Assembly: GCA_021163705.1 (NCBI GenBank)
Contig: JAGGTO010000138.1
Span: 1-34,101 of the forward strand
Length of the DNA stretch: 34,101 bases
Direction of reading: 5' to 3'
DNA from: Thermoplasmata archaeon
Lineage (GTDB): Archaea; Thermoplasmatota; Thermoplasmata; Thermoplasmatales; Aciduliprofundaceae
The notes beneath the pieces are model-generated. The model was not told where the DNA came from, ran no database searches, and worked only from the letters and a program-made list of their open reading frames with translations. Positions 26,615 through 34,101 of the stretch are shown here, one piece after another. Each line of letters opens with the position of its first letter. Position 1 is the stretch's first letter. The position numbers and the translations under genes were made by a program.

Positions 26615-29600
26615 TTACTTTCCCCTTATTTCCTGAATCTCCTGGTAGAGCTCCTGAAGAACATCATTGTAGTCCTTTTCCCCACTCTCAATTTTATCCA
26701 TCTTCTCCTCCAGAATTCTCGTTCTTTCCTCACTTATGAATTTACCATAGTTGGAGGAGAGATAAGAGAAAACATCCACACCTCTCTTAGTGGGTATTAA
26801 ACCCATTTTTCCTTCATAAATGTATTTTCTCTGAAAGAGCTTACCAAGGATTGTTGCATAAGTGCTTGGCCTTCCTATGCCACGCTCTTTCATCAATCTT
26901 ATTACATCCGCCTGTGTATATGGAGGAATCTTTATTATCCTTTTTTCAACTTCAATTTTCCCCCTTCCCTCTTTCAATGGAGGGTATATCTTCAGACTAT
27001 AGGGATATAGTTTGTATGCCTTTCCCCTTGCACCTGTAACCAGGGAGAACTGCATCTCCTCACCATTCACCTTCAATTCATACCTGGAAATTTTCATAAG
27101 GCCTTTACTCTGAGATGCCATAAATCTTCGGAAAATTAAATCGTAGAGGAGAATTTCATTCCCCTCCATTTTAATCTGCAAGATTTCCTCGTTTATGTAT
27201 CTTTGAATTGTTTGAGAATCCCAAGGTCTTGTGGGACGGATACATTCATGTGTACCCTCCTTCCCCCATCTCCTACCTACAAAATCATCCTTGAGATAAT
27301 CTTTTGCAATTTTCAGGCCCACATCGGATACATGCGTAGAATCTGTGCGATGATATGTTATGAGACCCATTTCAAAAAGGTTCTGAAGTATCCTCATTGC
27401 CTCCTTTGCTCCAATTCCATATATTCTATGAGCATCTTTGAGTATCTCATCGGTGGTATAGGGCGGAATAGCATATTCCTTTTCCTCCATCCCTATCTTT
27501 CTTATTTCTCCATAGAGCTCGCCCTTCCAGGGAAGCTTAACAGGAGTGCCTTTGAGGAACCATGCCTCTTCCTTTTTCTTCGACTCTTCATATCTTTCGA
27601 TTATCCATCCAAGCACTGGAGTCTGGGCTCTACCCGCCGAGAGATTTCTCTCGCCATACTTTTTCCAGAGCTTCTGAGAAAGCTCAAAGCCTATCCATCT
27701 ATCCTCAATTCTCCTCACTATCTGTGCTTTAACTAAATCTTCGTTCATCTCTCTCTCCTTCTCTATAGCCTCAAGAATCGCCCTTTTTGTCACCTCATGA
27801 AATTCTGCCCTTCCAATATGTTTCGCAAATGGAAATAGGAGATTTTTAAGATCCCATGCTATTTTCTCTCCTTCAATATCGGGATCTGTGCCTATGAGCA
27901 CACTCTCACATTCAAATGCGAGAGCCCTCAAAACATCTATCTGGGTCTTTGCAAAATATACATCATCAGAACCGCAGATTGGACATCTATCACCCTCAGT
28001 AAACTGATAATTGCATTTTCTGCATTTCCTAAGGGGTGCATATACAGGAATGAAATCCTTCTTCACTATCACTCCATGAAATCCTCTCTTGGTCACGAGA
28101 TCCACAATATGACCAAGGGATGGGGCTATAAGTAAAACATTCTTCTCTGTGGCCACTTCATATACTATTGCATTGCCTATTATTCTTACATTTGGTTTTC
28201 CAAAGAACCTTGCGATATGCTTGGCCTTATTTGGACTCTCAACAATGAATAGGAGGGGCTTAATTACCTCCTCCCCTTTTCCTCCCTTCTTTAGCTTTTT
28301 CCTATCTTCATCTATTTCCCTGGCAAGCCGAGAAAGATTTACCTCTTCCATTTCTCTGAATTCAATATCGTAAAGGGATGCTCTTCTTTCGAATACCTCC
28401 AATTTCGAAATATCATCAAGAAGAAAACTGGCCCCCTTGGTAATCCCTCCCAGATATAAACGGGATGCCCTTCCAGAGCCCTGAAGATATGTCCGAATAT
28501 CTGGAAATATTATCTTTCCCTCTTCATATATGAATCCCGAGCCCTGGAGAGTTCTCCGAGTTTCAAAAAGTCTTTTGAGCTTTTTTCTGAGTTTCTCAAA
28601 CTCTCTTTTATTTGCAAGTTCAACAAGCTCCTCTTCCCGCAGCATATAGGCAAGAGAAATTATTATCCTATCACTCACCGAATCTATGTTCTCTGCTCCT
28701 ATTTTGAAATGGGGTATCCCGTAAAATACAACAAACCTTATTCTCTCAGGAAGGTCTATACCCCTGATGAGAGAGCCATATGGGGTAGCCACGCCGAGAA
28801 GATAATCAAGCTCTCCATTTTTGAATTTCTCGTAGGCCCTTTTATCCTCAGAGACTACCACACCAACTCTAAACTCCTGCAGTAAGGAGGAAAGCTCGTA
28901 TGCTTCATCCGCCGTAGGTGTGAAGATCAAACCCCCAGAACCCATCGCTCTTAAAATGTTGACCAATTGCTCCTTCGGAGCTTTTATGTCTTCTATGTTT
29001 CTCACGGCATTCTGAATGTTTCCCACATCGAAATTAAGCTTCTCCCTCAGAAGCTTTGTGTTGTAACCTTTTGTGCCTGTGGCCGTGGAAACCATCAGAA
29101 CCCCCTTGCCTCGAAGTACGAGAGAGATGAGCTTCTCAATATTTTTTGATTTCTTGAGCACTGAATCCACATCATCCACAAATATAAAATCGAATTTTAG
29201 ATTGGAAACCATGCTAAAATTTCTTGATAGAAATGCAGAAGTGGTCACAAGAATCTTAAAGTTTCCCTTTGAAATTCTCTCTCTCATCTCCTCTTTTTCT
29301 CCTTTTTTCATTTTTCCGTGATAATATACTACACCCTCTCCTCCCATCATGCTTAGCTTCTCCACACACTCCTTCAATAAAAGGGTGGTGGGTAGAATCA
29401 AATAGCTTCTCTTTCCCTTGCCCGAAAGATACAGGGCCATAATTATGCCGAAGGAGGTCTTCCCTATTCCCGTGGGAGCAATAGCAGCAAAAGAGTAACC
29501 ACTAAGCACTCTCTTTGCCCACATTCTCTGCAATGCTCTGGGCTTTGCATTCATCTTCTCTTCAAAAAATTTCTCAAATTTTTGATATTCCCAGGATAGG

Positions 29601-29713
29601 GATGTGTAATACAGCCTCTTCTTTTTTTTCTCACAAAAATTCTTCTCTATTTCAAACCAGCTAAGATCCCCTCCACATTGTGGACATAGCTCACCATAAA
29701 TCACAGGAAGCAT
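26615..29713 (-). CDS. rgy: Reverse gyrase (SF2 helicase-like domain fused to type IA topoisomerase)
   Basis: 1032 aa. Helicase motifs are APTGIGKTSFG, FVDDVDS, STATG and YLQGSGRASR. The Toprim domain has LFIVESPNKAKHI and GTDPDIEGEKIA. An internal zinc ribbon reads CRKCNYQFTEGDRCPICG. The active-site Tyr context is LITYHRTDSTHVS. TTAAATAT (complement of 29735-29742) is centred about 25 nt upstream of the ATG. Confidence 0.95.
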   Translation of the reverse strand: MLPVIYGELCPQCGGDLSWFEIEKNFCEKKKKRLYYTSLSWEYQKFEKFFEEKMNAKPRALQRMWAKRVLSGYSFAAIAPTGIGKTSFGIIMALYLSGKGKRSYLILPTTLLLKECVEKLSMMGGEGVVYYHGKMKKGEKEEMRERISKGNFKILVTTSAFLSRNFSMVSNLKFDFIFVDDVDSVLKKSKNIEKLISLVLRGKGVLMVSTATGTKGYNTKLLREKLNFDVGNIQNAVRNIEDIKAPKEQLVNILRAMGSGGLIFTPTADEAYELSSLLQEFRVGVVVSEDKRAYEKFKNGELDYLLGVATPYGSLIRGIDLPERIRFVVFYGIPHFKIGAENIDSVSDRIIISLAYMLREEELVELANKREFEKLRKKLKRLFETRRTLQGSGFIYEEGKIIFPDIRTYLQGSGRASRLYLGGITKGASFLLDDISKLEVFERRASLYDIEFREMEEVNLSRLAREIDEDRKKLKKGGKGEEVIKPLLFIVESPNKAKHIARFFGKPNVRIIGNAIVYEVATEKNVLLIAPSLGHIVDLVTKRGFHGVIVKKDFIPVYAPLRKCRKCNYQFTEGDRCPICGSDDVYFAKTQIDVLRALAFECESVLIGTDPDIEGEKIAWDLKNLLFPFAKHIGRAEFHEVTKRAILEAIEKEREMNEDLVKAQIVRRIEDRWIGFELSQKLWKKYGERNLSAGRAQTPVLGWIIERYEESKKKEEAWFLKGTPVKLPWKGELYGEIRKIGMEEKEYAIPPYTTDEILKDAHRIYGIGAKEAMRILQNLFEMGLITYHRTDSTHVSDVGLKIAKDYLKDDFVGRRWGKEGTHECIRPTRPWDSQTIQRYINEEILQIKMEGNEILLYDLIFRRFMASQSKGLMKISRYELKVNGEEMQFSLVTGARGKAYKLYPYSLKIYPPLKEGRGKIEVEKRIIKIPPYTQADVIRLMKERGIGRPSTYATILGKLFQRKYIYEGKMGLIPTKRGVDVFSYLSSNYGKFISEERTRILEEKMDKIESGEKDYNDVLQELYQEIQEIRGK

Positions 29714-29746
29714 AGTTGGGATATGGAAAAAGAGATATTTAAGAGT

Positions 29747-30346
29747 TCATAGCCTTTTTCTTATCTCATGTAGTAGCTCCGCAGGACTCTTTACAGGATA
29801 TTCCAGATCCTCCAGGATTTCCTTGATATCCTTCCCCATAATCCTGTATGCCTTCAATCTCTCCATGAGCTTATCCTTGTTCACTGGAAAGTTCAGGCCC
29901 TTGATATTTTTGAGGATATGCACCGCCCATTCCACCCCCAGACTCTTTGCACTCTCCTCCATGATCTCTATTCTCTCCCTCAAATTATCTCTTTTCTCTT
30001 TTATGGCTTTATAGGCAAGCTTTGCAAGTCCTCCCGCTATGTGCTCCTTCTCCTTGGTCCCCTCACCTTGAAGATATTCTTTAATCTTCTCCTCATCTGC
30101 ACTTAGTATCTTTTTAACCGTTTGCTCTGTTATCCCGAGATATTCCGCAATCTCCCTGCTTGTTTTCACAGCCTCATTTTTCAGCGCGATTACATAGGCA
30201 GCCTCAGCCAGGCTTGGAAGCCAGGTGAGGTTTCTGTATTCCACCAGATTTTTCAATCCCCCCACTATTCTTATGCTCTCCTGAAATATTCTCTCCGCAA
30301 TCTCGTCTATATTACCTTCCCTAACGGGAGCTTTAATCACTTCCAT
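29747..30346 (-). CDS. HTH-containing putative regulatory partner of the adjacent KaiC-like ATPase
   Basis: 199 aa and all-helical. It has a TrpR/sigma-r4-like HTH (KTSREIAEYLGITEQTVKKILS). It starts 2 nt after the KaiC-like stop. Confidence 0.65.
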   Translation of the reverse strand: MEVIKAPVREGNIDEIAERIFQESIRIVGGLKNLVEYRNLTWLPSLAEAAYVIALKNEAVKTSREIAEYLGITEQTVKKILSADEEKIKEYLQGEGTKEKEHIAGGLAKLAYKAIKEKRDNLRERIEIMEESAKSLGVEWAVHILKNIKGLNFPVNKDKLMERLKAYRIMGKDIKEILEDLEYPVKSPAELLHEIRKRL

Positions 30347-30348
30347 TT

Positions 30349-31209
30349 TTAATCACCTCCTTTGGCAATTCTACTCAGGGGATATTTTATCTCAATTAAT
30401 CCTGTATCTGTAATCTCAAACACATAGGTTTCAGTGGTGTGGGGTGCCAGTCTGCATCCGTCAATTCTTATCGTTCTTACAACCTCTCCAATTTTCTTTC
30501 CATACAGTGAGGCACTCCATTTGGACGCTATGATCTCCTTGTCCATCACAATTGTTCCATCAACAATGTGCGCCACGGCTAATCCACCAGCAGCTTCTGC
30601 ACTTTCACTGCTTTGCGATGATCTTTTCTGTGAAACCAGAAGCGCCGTTTGATTCCACTTCTTCAGGAAATTGAATATCTGTCTCACAATCTGCCTTGCA
30701 AGAACCTCCCTGTGCTCGTAAAGCCCTGTGATACTGTCTATCACCACATTCTTTGTATTCTTTTTCTTTATGGCATAGGCAAGGGTCTCCAGGAGGGCAG
30801 ATAAATTCTCTCTCAGCTCCGTTTCCTGGGAAGCGTCCACTATTATCATATTCTTCTCCACATTTTCAAAATCCAGACCCATAACCTGAGCTTTCTGCTT
30901 AAGTGTGGTATAAAGAAAATTTGCAGGAGATTCCACAGTAACGAATAGCACAGGATAATTTCTCGCAGCCTGATATACTGCAAATTGCTCTGCCAGCACA
31001 GATTTCCCCGTATCGGGAATACCTGTGACATTTATTATGGAGAGATAGGGTATGCCTCCAAGTGGCTTTTTAACATATTTTCCCTCCTTTTCATCATATG
31101 TGACAGTGTAAAACATCTCATCTAACTTTGTACCTGTGGGTATGCCAAACAGCTTGGGCGCCTTGCCCTTGAGCTCATCCAGCGTGTAAATGTACTCCTC
31201 ATATTTCAT
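30349..31209 (-). CDS. Single-domain KaiC-like (RecA-superfamily) ATPase
   Basis: 286 aa. Walker A is VTGIPDTGKSVLAEQF and Walker B is NVVIDSITGL, with a KaiC/RadA-like core. TTTTTATAG (complement of 31231-31239) is centred about 26 nt upstream of the ATG. Confidence 0.8.
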   Translation of the reverse strand: MKYEEYIYTLDELKGKAPKLFGIPTGTKLDEMFYTVTYDEKEGKYVKKPLGGIPYLSIINVTGIPDTGKSVLAEQFAVYQAARNYPVLFVTVESPANFLYTTLKQKAQVMGLDFENVEKNMIIVDASQETELRENLSALLETLAYAIKKKNTKNVVIDSITGLYEHREVLARQIVRQIFNFLKKWNQTALLVSQKRSSQSSESAEAAGGLAVAHIVDGTIVMDKEIIASKWSASLYGKKIGEVVRTIRIDGCRLAPHTTETYVFEITDTGLIEIKYPLSRIAKGGD

Positions 31210-31293
31210 ATTTCAAGTATGATTATACTTCTATAAAAAATTTTCGCCATCATTTGAAGAAAACTTTAAATATAGAGCATCGAATGGAGTTAC

Positions 31294-31479
31294 ATGCCTC
31301 CAACTTTCTGGATAATACTTATAATCGCTCTAGCCGTGATAATTCTGGGAAAGTTTCTCCTGAAGCTTCTGATGTGGATAATCCTTATCGTAATTTTGCT
31401 TATTCTTTTAGGAATTGCAGGGTATGTTTTCAGGGACCTTCTGGGTCTGATAATAGCTCCCCTTACCGGGGTTTTTTAG
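31294..31479 (+). CDS. Small two-TM membrane protein (61 aa), hypothetical
   Basis: The sequence is MPPTFWIILIIALAVIILGKFLLKLLMWIILIVILLILLGIAGYVFRDLLGLIIAPLTGVF. TTTAAATA (31265-31272) is centred 26 nt upstream of the ATG, and GGAG lies 4 nt upstream of it. This ORF is preferred over the overlapping 136-aa ORF at 31254-31664. Confidence 0.5.
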   Translation: MPPTFWIILIIALAVIILGKFLLKLLMWIILIVILLILLGIAGYVFRDLLGLIIAPLTGVF

Positions 31480-31627
31480 GTCTAGAGCATATAGCCTGCT
31501 CATCACCATCGAAAAAAATCTCTCTATCAGGATATTTTTCTGAGAGCTCCTTCATTATTTTGTACAGCTCTCCCACCGTAAGATCAGGATGCTCCTCAAG
31601 CCTCAGATGCACTATTTTTTCTTCCAT
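31463..31627 (-). CDS. Small soluble ORF (54 aa) not in the ORF track, hypothetical
   Basis: A manual translation gives MEEKIVHLRLEEHPDLTVGELYKIMKELSEKYPDREIFFDGDEQAICSRPKKPR*. Its composition looks protein-like. A TATA-like AAATATAAATA (complement of about 31652-31662) lies about 30 nt upstream. Its 3' end overlaps the convergent 61-aa ORF by 17 nt. Confidence 0.4.
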   Translation of the reverse strand: MEEKIVHLRLEEHPDLTVGELYKIMKELSEKYPDREIFFDGDEQAICSRPKKPR

Positions 31628-31683
31628 CCAGTATATGAAAATATCTCTCCCTATTTATATTTAACTCATCGGAACTTAACATT

Positions 31684-31697
31684 TGTCAATTTTGACA
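31684..31697. promoter_or_regulatory. Inverted repeat TGTCAA-TT-TTGACA next to a TATA-like box upstream of the acetyl-CoA synthetase gene
   Basis: The arms are 6 bp with a 2-bp spacer. TTTATA (31701-31706) lies 4 nt downstream. The repeat sits in the 132-nt divergent spacer between the 54-aa ORF and acd. Confidence 0.35.
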
Positions 31698-31765
31698 TCG
31701 TTTATAGTCGATATGCTAAATTTATTATGGAATGATGCAATTTCCCCTTCAAGGAGGTTATGAAA

Positions 31766-33901
31766 ATGGACAGTTTGGATGCGATATTCAAGCCAAAGAG
31801 TGTGGCAATCGTCGGAGCAAGCAGAGATCCAAAGGCCATAGGGCACCAGTGCCTTCAGAATTTAATTAAATCCGGTTATCAAGGTAAAATTTATCCTGTG
31901 AATCCCAAGGCCGATGAGGTCGCAGGACTTAAATGCTATCACAGCATAATGGAGGTGCCAGATGAGGTTGATATTGCATTGATAGTCGTTCCTGCAAAGT
32001 ATGTGCCTGCGGTGACTGAAGAATGCGGAAAAAAGGGAGTTAAAGGCCTTGTGATAATAGCCTCAGGATTCAGCGAGGTTGGGCGTGAGGATCTTGAAAG
32101 GGAAGTTGTGGAGATCGCACGCAAATATGGAATGCGTATACTCGGCCCCAATGTTGTGGGAATTATGAACAACCCTCTTAAAATGAACGCCTCTTTCGCT
32201 CCCTATTTACCATATCCCGGGAAGGCTGCACTCATATCTCAGAGCGGTGCATTGCTCATTGCTATGGATGCAAGAACATGGATAGATAAGGTTGGGATTT
32301 CGCATATGATTAGCATTGGAAACATGGCAGACTTGAATTTTGGAGATTTGATCGAATATTTCAATGGGGATGAGGATACAAAGGTTATATCCCTCTATAT
32401 AGAGGGTGTGAAGGATGGTCGCAAATTCCTAAACTCTGCAAAGAATTCCAAGAAACCCATAGTTGCTCTTAAAGCCGGTGTCTCAAAAAGGGGTGCTGCG
32501 GCAGCAGCTTCACACACTGGAAGTCTTGCAGGAAGCACAAAAATATACGAGGCAGCATTCAAACAGGGGCATATTGTTCAAGCTGAAAATCTCAACGCAT
32601 TATTTGATGAAACCATGGCTTTGGCATTGCAACCTCCCATGAGGGGGGATAATCTTCTCATAATAACAAATGGTGGTGGTGTTGGTGTCCTTGCCACAGA
32701 TGCTGCAGAGAAATATGGTGTGCCAATAAAGGATGCCCCCGATGATCTCAAGCTCCTGATGTTCAGGCACATGCCTGAGTTCGGCAATCCAAAGAATCCT
32801 GTGGATCTGACGGGTATGGCTGATCGGGAGCAGTATGAGGGATCCATTAGAGATGCTCTAAAGCATGAGTGGGTGCATGGTTTGGTGGTTCTTTACTGCG
32901 AGACTTCATTCACAGATCCGCAGAACATCGCAGAGGGGATATACAAGGCATATAAGGATAGTGGTGTAAATAAGCCCATAGCGGTGAGCTTTGTGGGTGG
33001 AGAGCGTAGTGTAAAAGCCGGACAATGGTTAATAGAGCATGGAATTCCCTACTACAGCAGTCCTCATGCAGCTGTTCGTGCGATGAGTGCACTGAGAATA
33101 TACGGAAGGTATCTGGAGAAGGCATCAAAGGAATTTGTACCCTATAAAGTGAACAAAAAGAAGGTTGAAGCCATATTGGGTAAGGCAAGAGCATGTGGAA
33201 AGAGTGTTCTCACCGAACCTGAGGCAAAGGAGGTATTTGCCGCCTACGGTTTGCCTGTACCAAAGGGTAAGCTGGCAAAGAATGAAGATGACGCTGTGAA
33301 GATAGCCCGTTCTATAGGATATCCTGTGGTTATGAAAATAGTGTCTCCACAGATAATTCACAAGAGCGATGCTGGAGGAGTTAAGGTGAATATAAAGAGT
33401 GATGACGAGGCGAGAAAGGCGTTCAGAGAGATCATGGAGAATGCAGAAAGATACGATCCCCACGCGGAAATAATGGGTGTTTATGTGCAGGAAATGGCAC
33501 CATGGGGTACAGAGACCATAATAGGGAGCGTAAATGACCCGCAGTTTGGACCCACCGTAATGTTTGGTCTGGGAGGCATATTTGTGGAAATTCTGAAGGA
33601 TGTGACATTCCGCATAGCTCCATTCAGCAAGGATGAAGCCCTGGATATGGTAAAGGAAATCAGAGGCTACGGCATACTCAAGGGTGCAAGGGGTGAGAAG
33701 CCCAGGGATATTGAAGCAATAGCCGATGCAGTTAGCAGATTATCTCAGCTTGTCTGGGATTTCAGAAACGAAATAAAAGAGGTGGATGCAAATCCTGTTA
33801 TAGTTTATGAGAAGGGATTGAGCGTGGTGGATGCAAGGATTATCCTCAAAACAGAGAAAGTCACCAAGGTCACACCAAAGCCACTGGATAAGTGCGGATA
33901 A
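31766..33901 (+). CDS. acd: Acetyl-CoA synthetase (ADP-forming), fused alpha-beta type (NDP-forming acyl-CoA synthetase)
   Basis: The N-terminal CoA-binding domain reads FKPKSVAIVGASRDPKAIG. The phosphohistidine loop is AAASHTGSLAGS. The C-terminal ATG-grasp domain has ATP-grasp features (LTEPEAKEVFAAYGLPVP, VVMKIVSPQIIHKSDAGGV). GGAGG (31753-31757) lies 8 nt before the ATG at 31766 and only 2 nt before the first ATG at 31760. Confidence 0.9.
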   Translation: MDSLDAIFKPKSVAIVGASRDPKAIGHQCLQNLIKSGYQGKIYPVNPKADEVAGLKCYHSIMEVPDEVDIALIVVPAKYVPAVTEECGKKGVKGLVIIASGFSEVGREDLEREVVEIARKYGMRILGPNVVGIMNNPLKMNASFAPYLPYPGKAALISQSGALLIAMDARTWIDKVGISHMISIGNMADLNFGDLIEYFNGDEDTKVISLYIEGVKDGRKFLNSAKNSKKPIVALKAGVSKRGAAAAASHTGSLAGSTKIYEAAFKQGHIVQAENLNALFDETMALALQPPMRGDNLLIITNGGGVGVLATDAAEKYGVPIKDAPDDLKLLMFRHMPEFGNPKNPVDLTGMADREQYEGSIRDALKHEWVHGLVVLYCETSFTDPQNIAEGIYKAYKDSGVNKPIAVSFVGGERSVKAGQWLIEHGIPYYSSPHAAVRAMSALRIYGRYLEKASKEFVPYKVNKKKVEAILGKARACGKSVLTEPEAKEVFAAYGLPVPKGKLAKNEDDAVKIARSIGYPVVMKIVSPQIIHKSDAGGVKVNIKSDDEARKAFREIMENAERYDPHAEIMGVYVQEMAPWGTETIIGSVNDPQFGPTVMFGLGGIFVEILKDVTFRIAPFSKDEALDMVKEIRGYGILKGARGEKPRDIEAIADAVSRLSQLVWDFRNEIKEVDANPVIVYEKGLSVVDARIILKTEKVTKVTPKPLDKCG

Positions 33902-33915
33902 TCTTCTCTTTCCAA

Positions 33916-33927
33916 TTATTTTTGTTG
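33916..33927 (+). terminator. Oligo-T tract downstream of acd
   Basis: The sequence ttaTTTTTgttg begins 15 nt after the stop codon. It is a weak, sequence-only call. Confidence 0.3.
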
Positions 33928-33992
33928 TGAGCTGTGATAATATTCTCTCTTGTTCTGTCACGCCTCTTTACCTCCAATGTTGAGAGAAAAAA

Positions 33993-34000
33993 TTTATAAA
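33993..34000 (+). promoter_or_regulatory. TATA box (with purine-rich BRE-like GAGAAAAAA upstream) of the tRNA gene
   Basis: TTTATAAA is centred about 30 nt upstream of the tRNA 5' end at 34026. Confidence 0.6.
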
Positions 34001-34025
34001 AGTGTGAGATATTCACGCTCTCAGT

Positions 34026-34101
34026 GCCACCGTAGCTTAGCCCGGTAGAGCGGCTGACTTGTAAGAGCCCCTTTCTTAGAAAGAAAGGTGCTTCACCCCC
34101 A
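34026..34101 (+). tRNA. tRNA-Thr(UGU), 5' exon (34026-34063) followed by an intervening sequence; truncated by the window end
   Basis: The acceptor strand is GCCACCG, followed by UA. The D arm is GCUU-AGCCCGGUA-GAGC, followed by G. The anticodon stem strand is GCUGA and the loop is CU-UGU-A. The expected 3' stem strand UCAGC does not follow. Instead AGAGCCCC-CUUUCUU-AGA-AAGAAAGG.. continues to the window end, which indicates an interruption at the canonical 37/38 position. Confidence 0.75.

Noticed and set aside
31254-31664. A 136-aa plus-strand ORF spanning the KaiC-acd intergenic gap
   Set aside because: Its Ser/Cys/Arg-rich composition is unlike the other proteins here, and no promoter or SD sits in register. 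The region is better explained by a 61-aa membrane ORF and a convergent 54-aa ORF, each with a correctly spaced TATA box.

Overview
This is a compact, AT-rich archaeal chromosome segment with almost no non-coding DNA. Archaeal TATA boxes, TFS, reverse gyrase and a strongly GC-rich 23S rRNA flanked by a bulge-helix-bulge processing stem point to a thermophilic archaeon. The stand-alone 23S is reminiscent of Thermoplasmata/DHVE2-like euryarchaea, but the taxon cannot be verified from here. Left to right, the window holds: an Mrr-like/PepSY-like protein; a transglutaminase-like ectoprotein coupled to a polytopic membrane protein; Trm5/Taw2; an orphan 23S rRNA (minus strand, about 3946-6878); a roughly 1500-aa surface protein with CARDB-like repeats, one TM helix and three cytoplasmic zinc ribbons; and a five-gene Tad/Epd-like type IV filament operon (pilin-like protein, ATPase, two half-size platform genes, second ATPase). 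Next come a divergent KaiC-like ATPase plus CheY-like receiver; a wHTH regulator plus a Zn-ribbon/PUA/PP-loop/ferredoxin fusion enzyme; endonuclease IV; a single-HKD PLD-family protein; an Upf1/IGHMBP2-like SF1 helicase; a small-molecule-type SAM methyltransferase; and TFS. The right end holds reverse gyrase with a co-transcribed small protein; a KaiC-like ATPase plus HTH partner; two small ORFs; fused ADP-forming acetyl-CoA synthetase; and the 5' part of a tRNA-Thr(UGU) interrupted after position 37. I saw no CRISPR array, transposase, integrase or prophage genes. The most interesting candidates are the dual-ATPase pilus locus with its adjacent KaiC/CheY module, the PLD-helicase neighbourhood, and the surface protein with cytoplasmic zinc ribbons. 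All family assignments rest on motifs read by eye and need HMM or structure searches.
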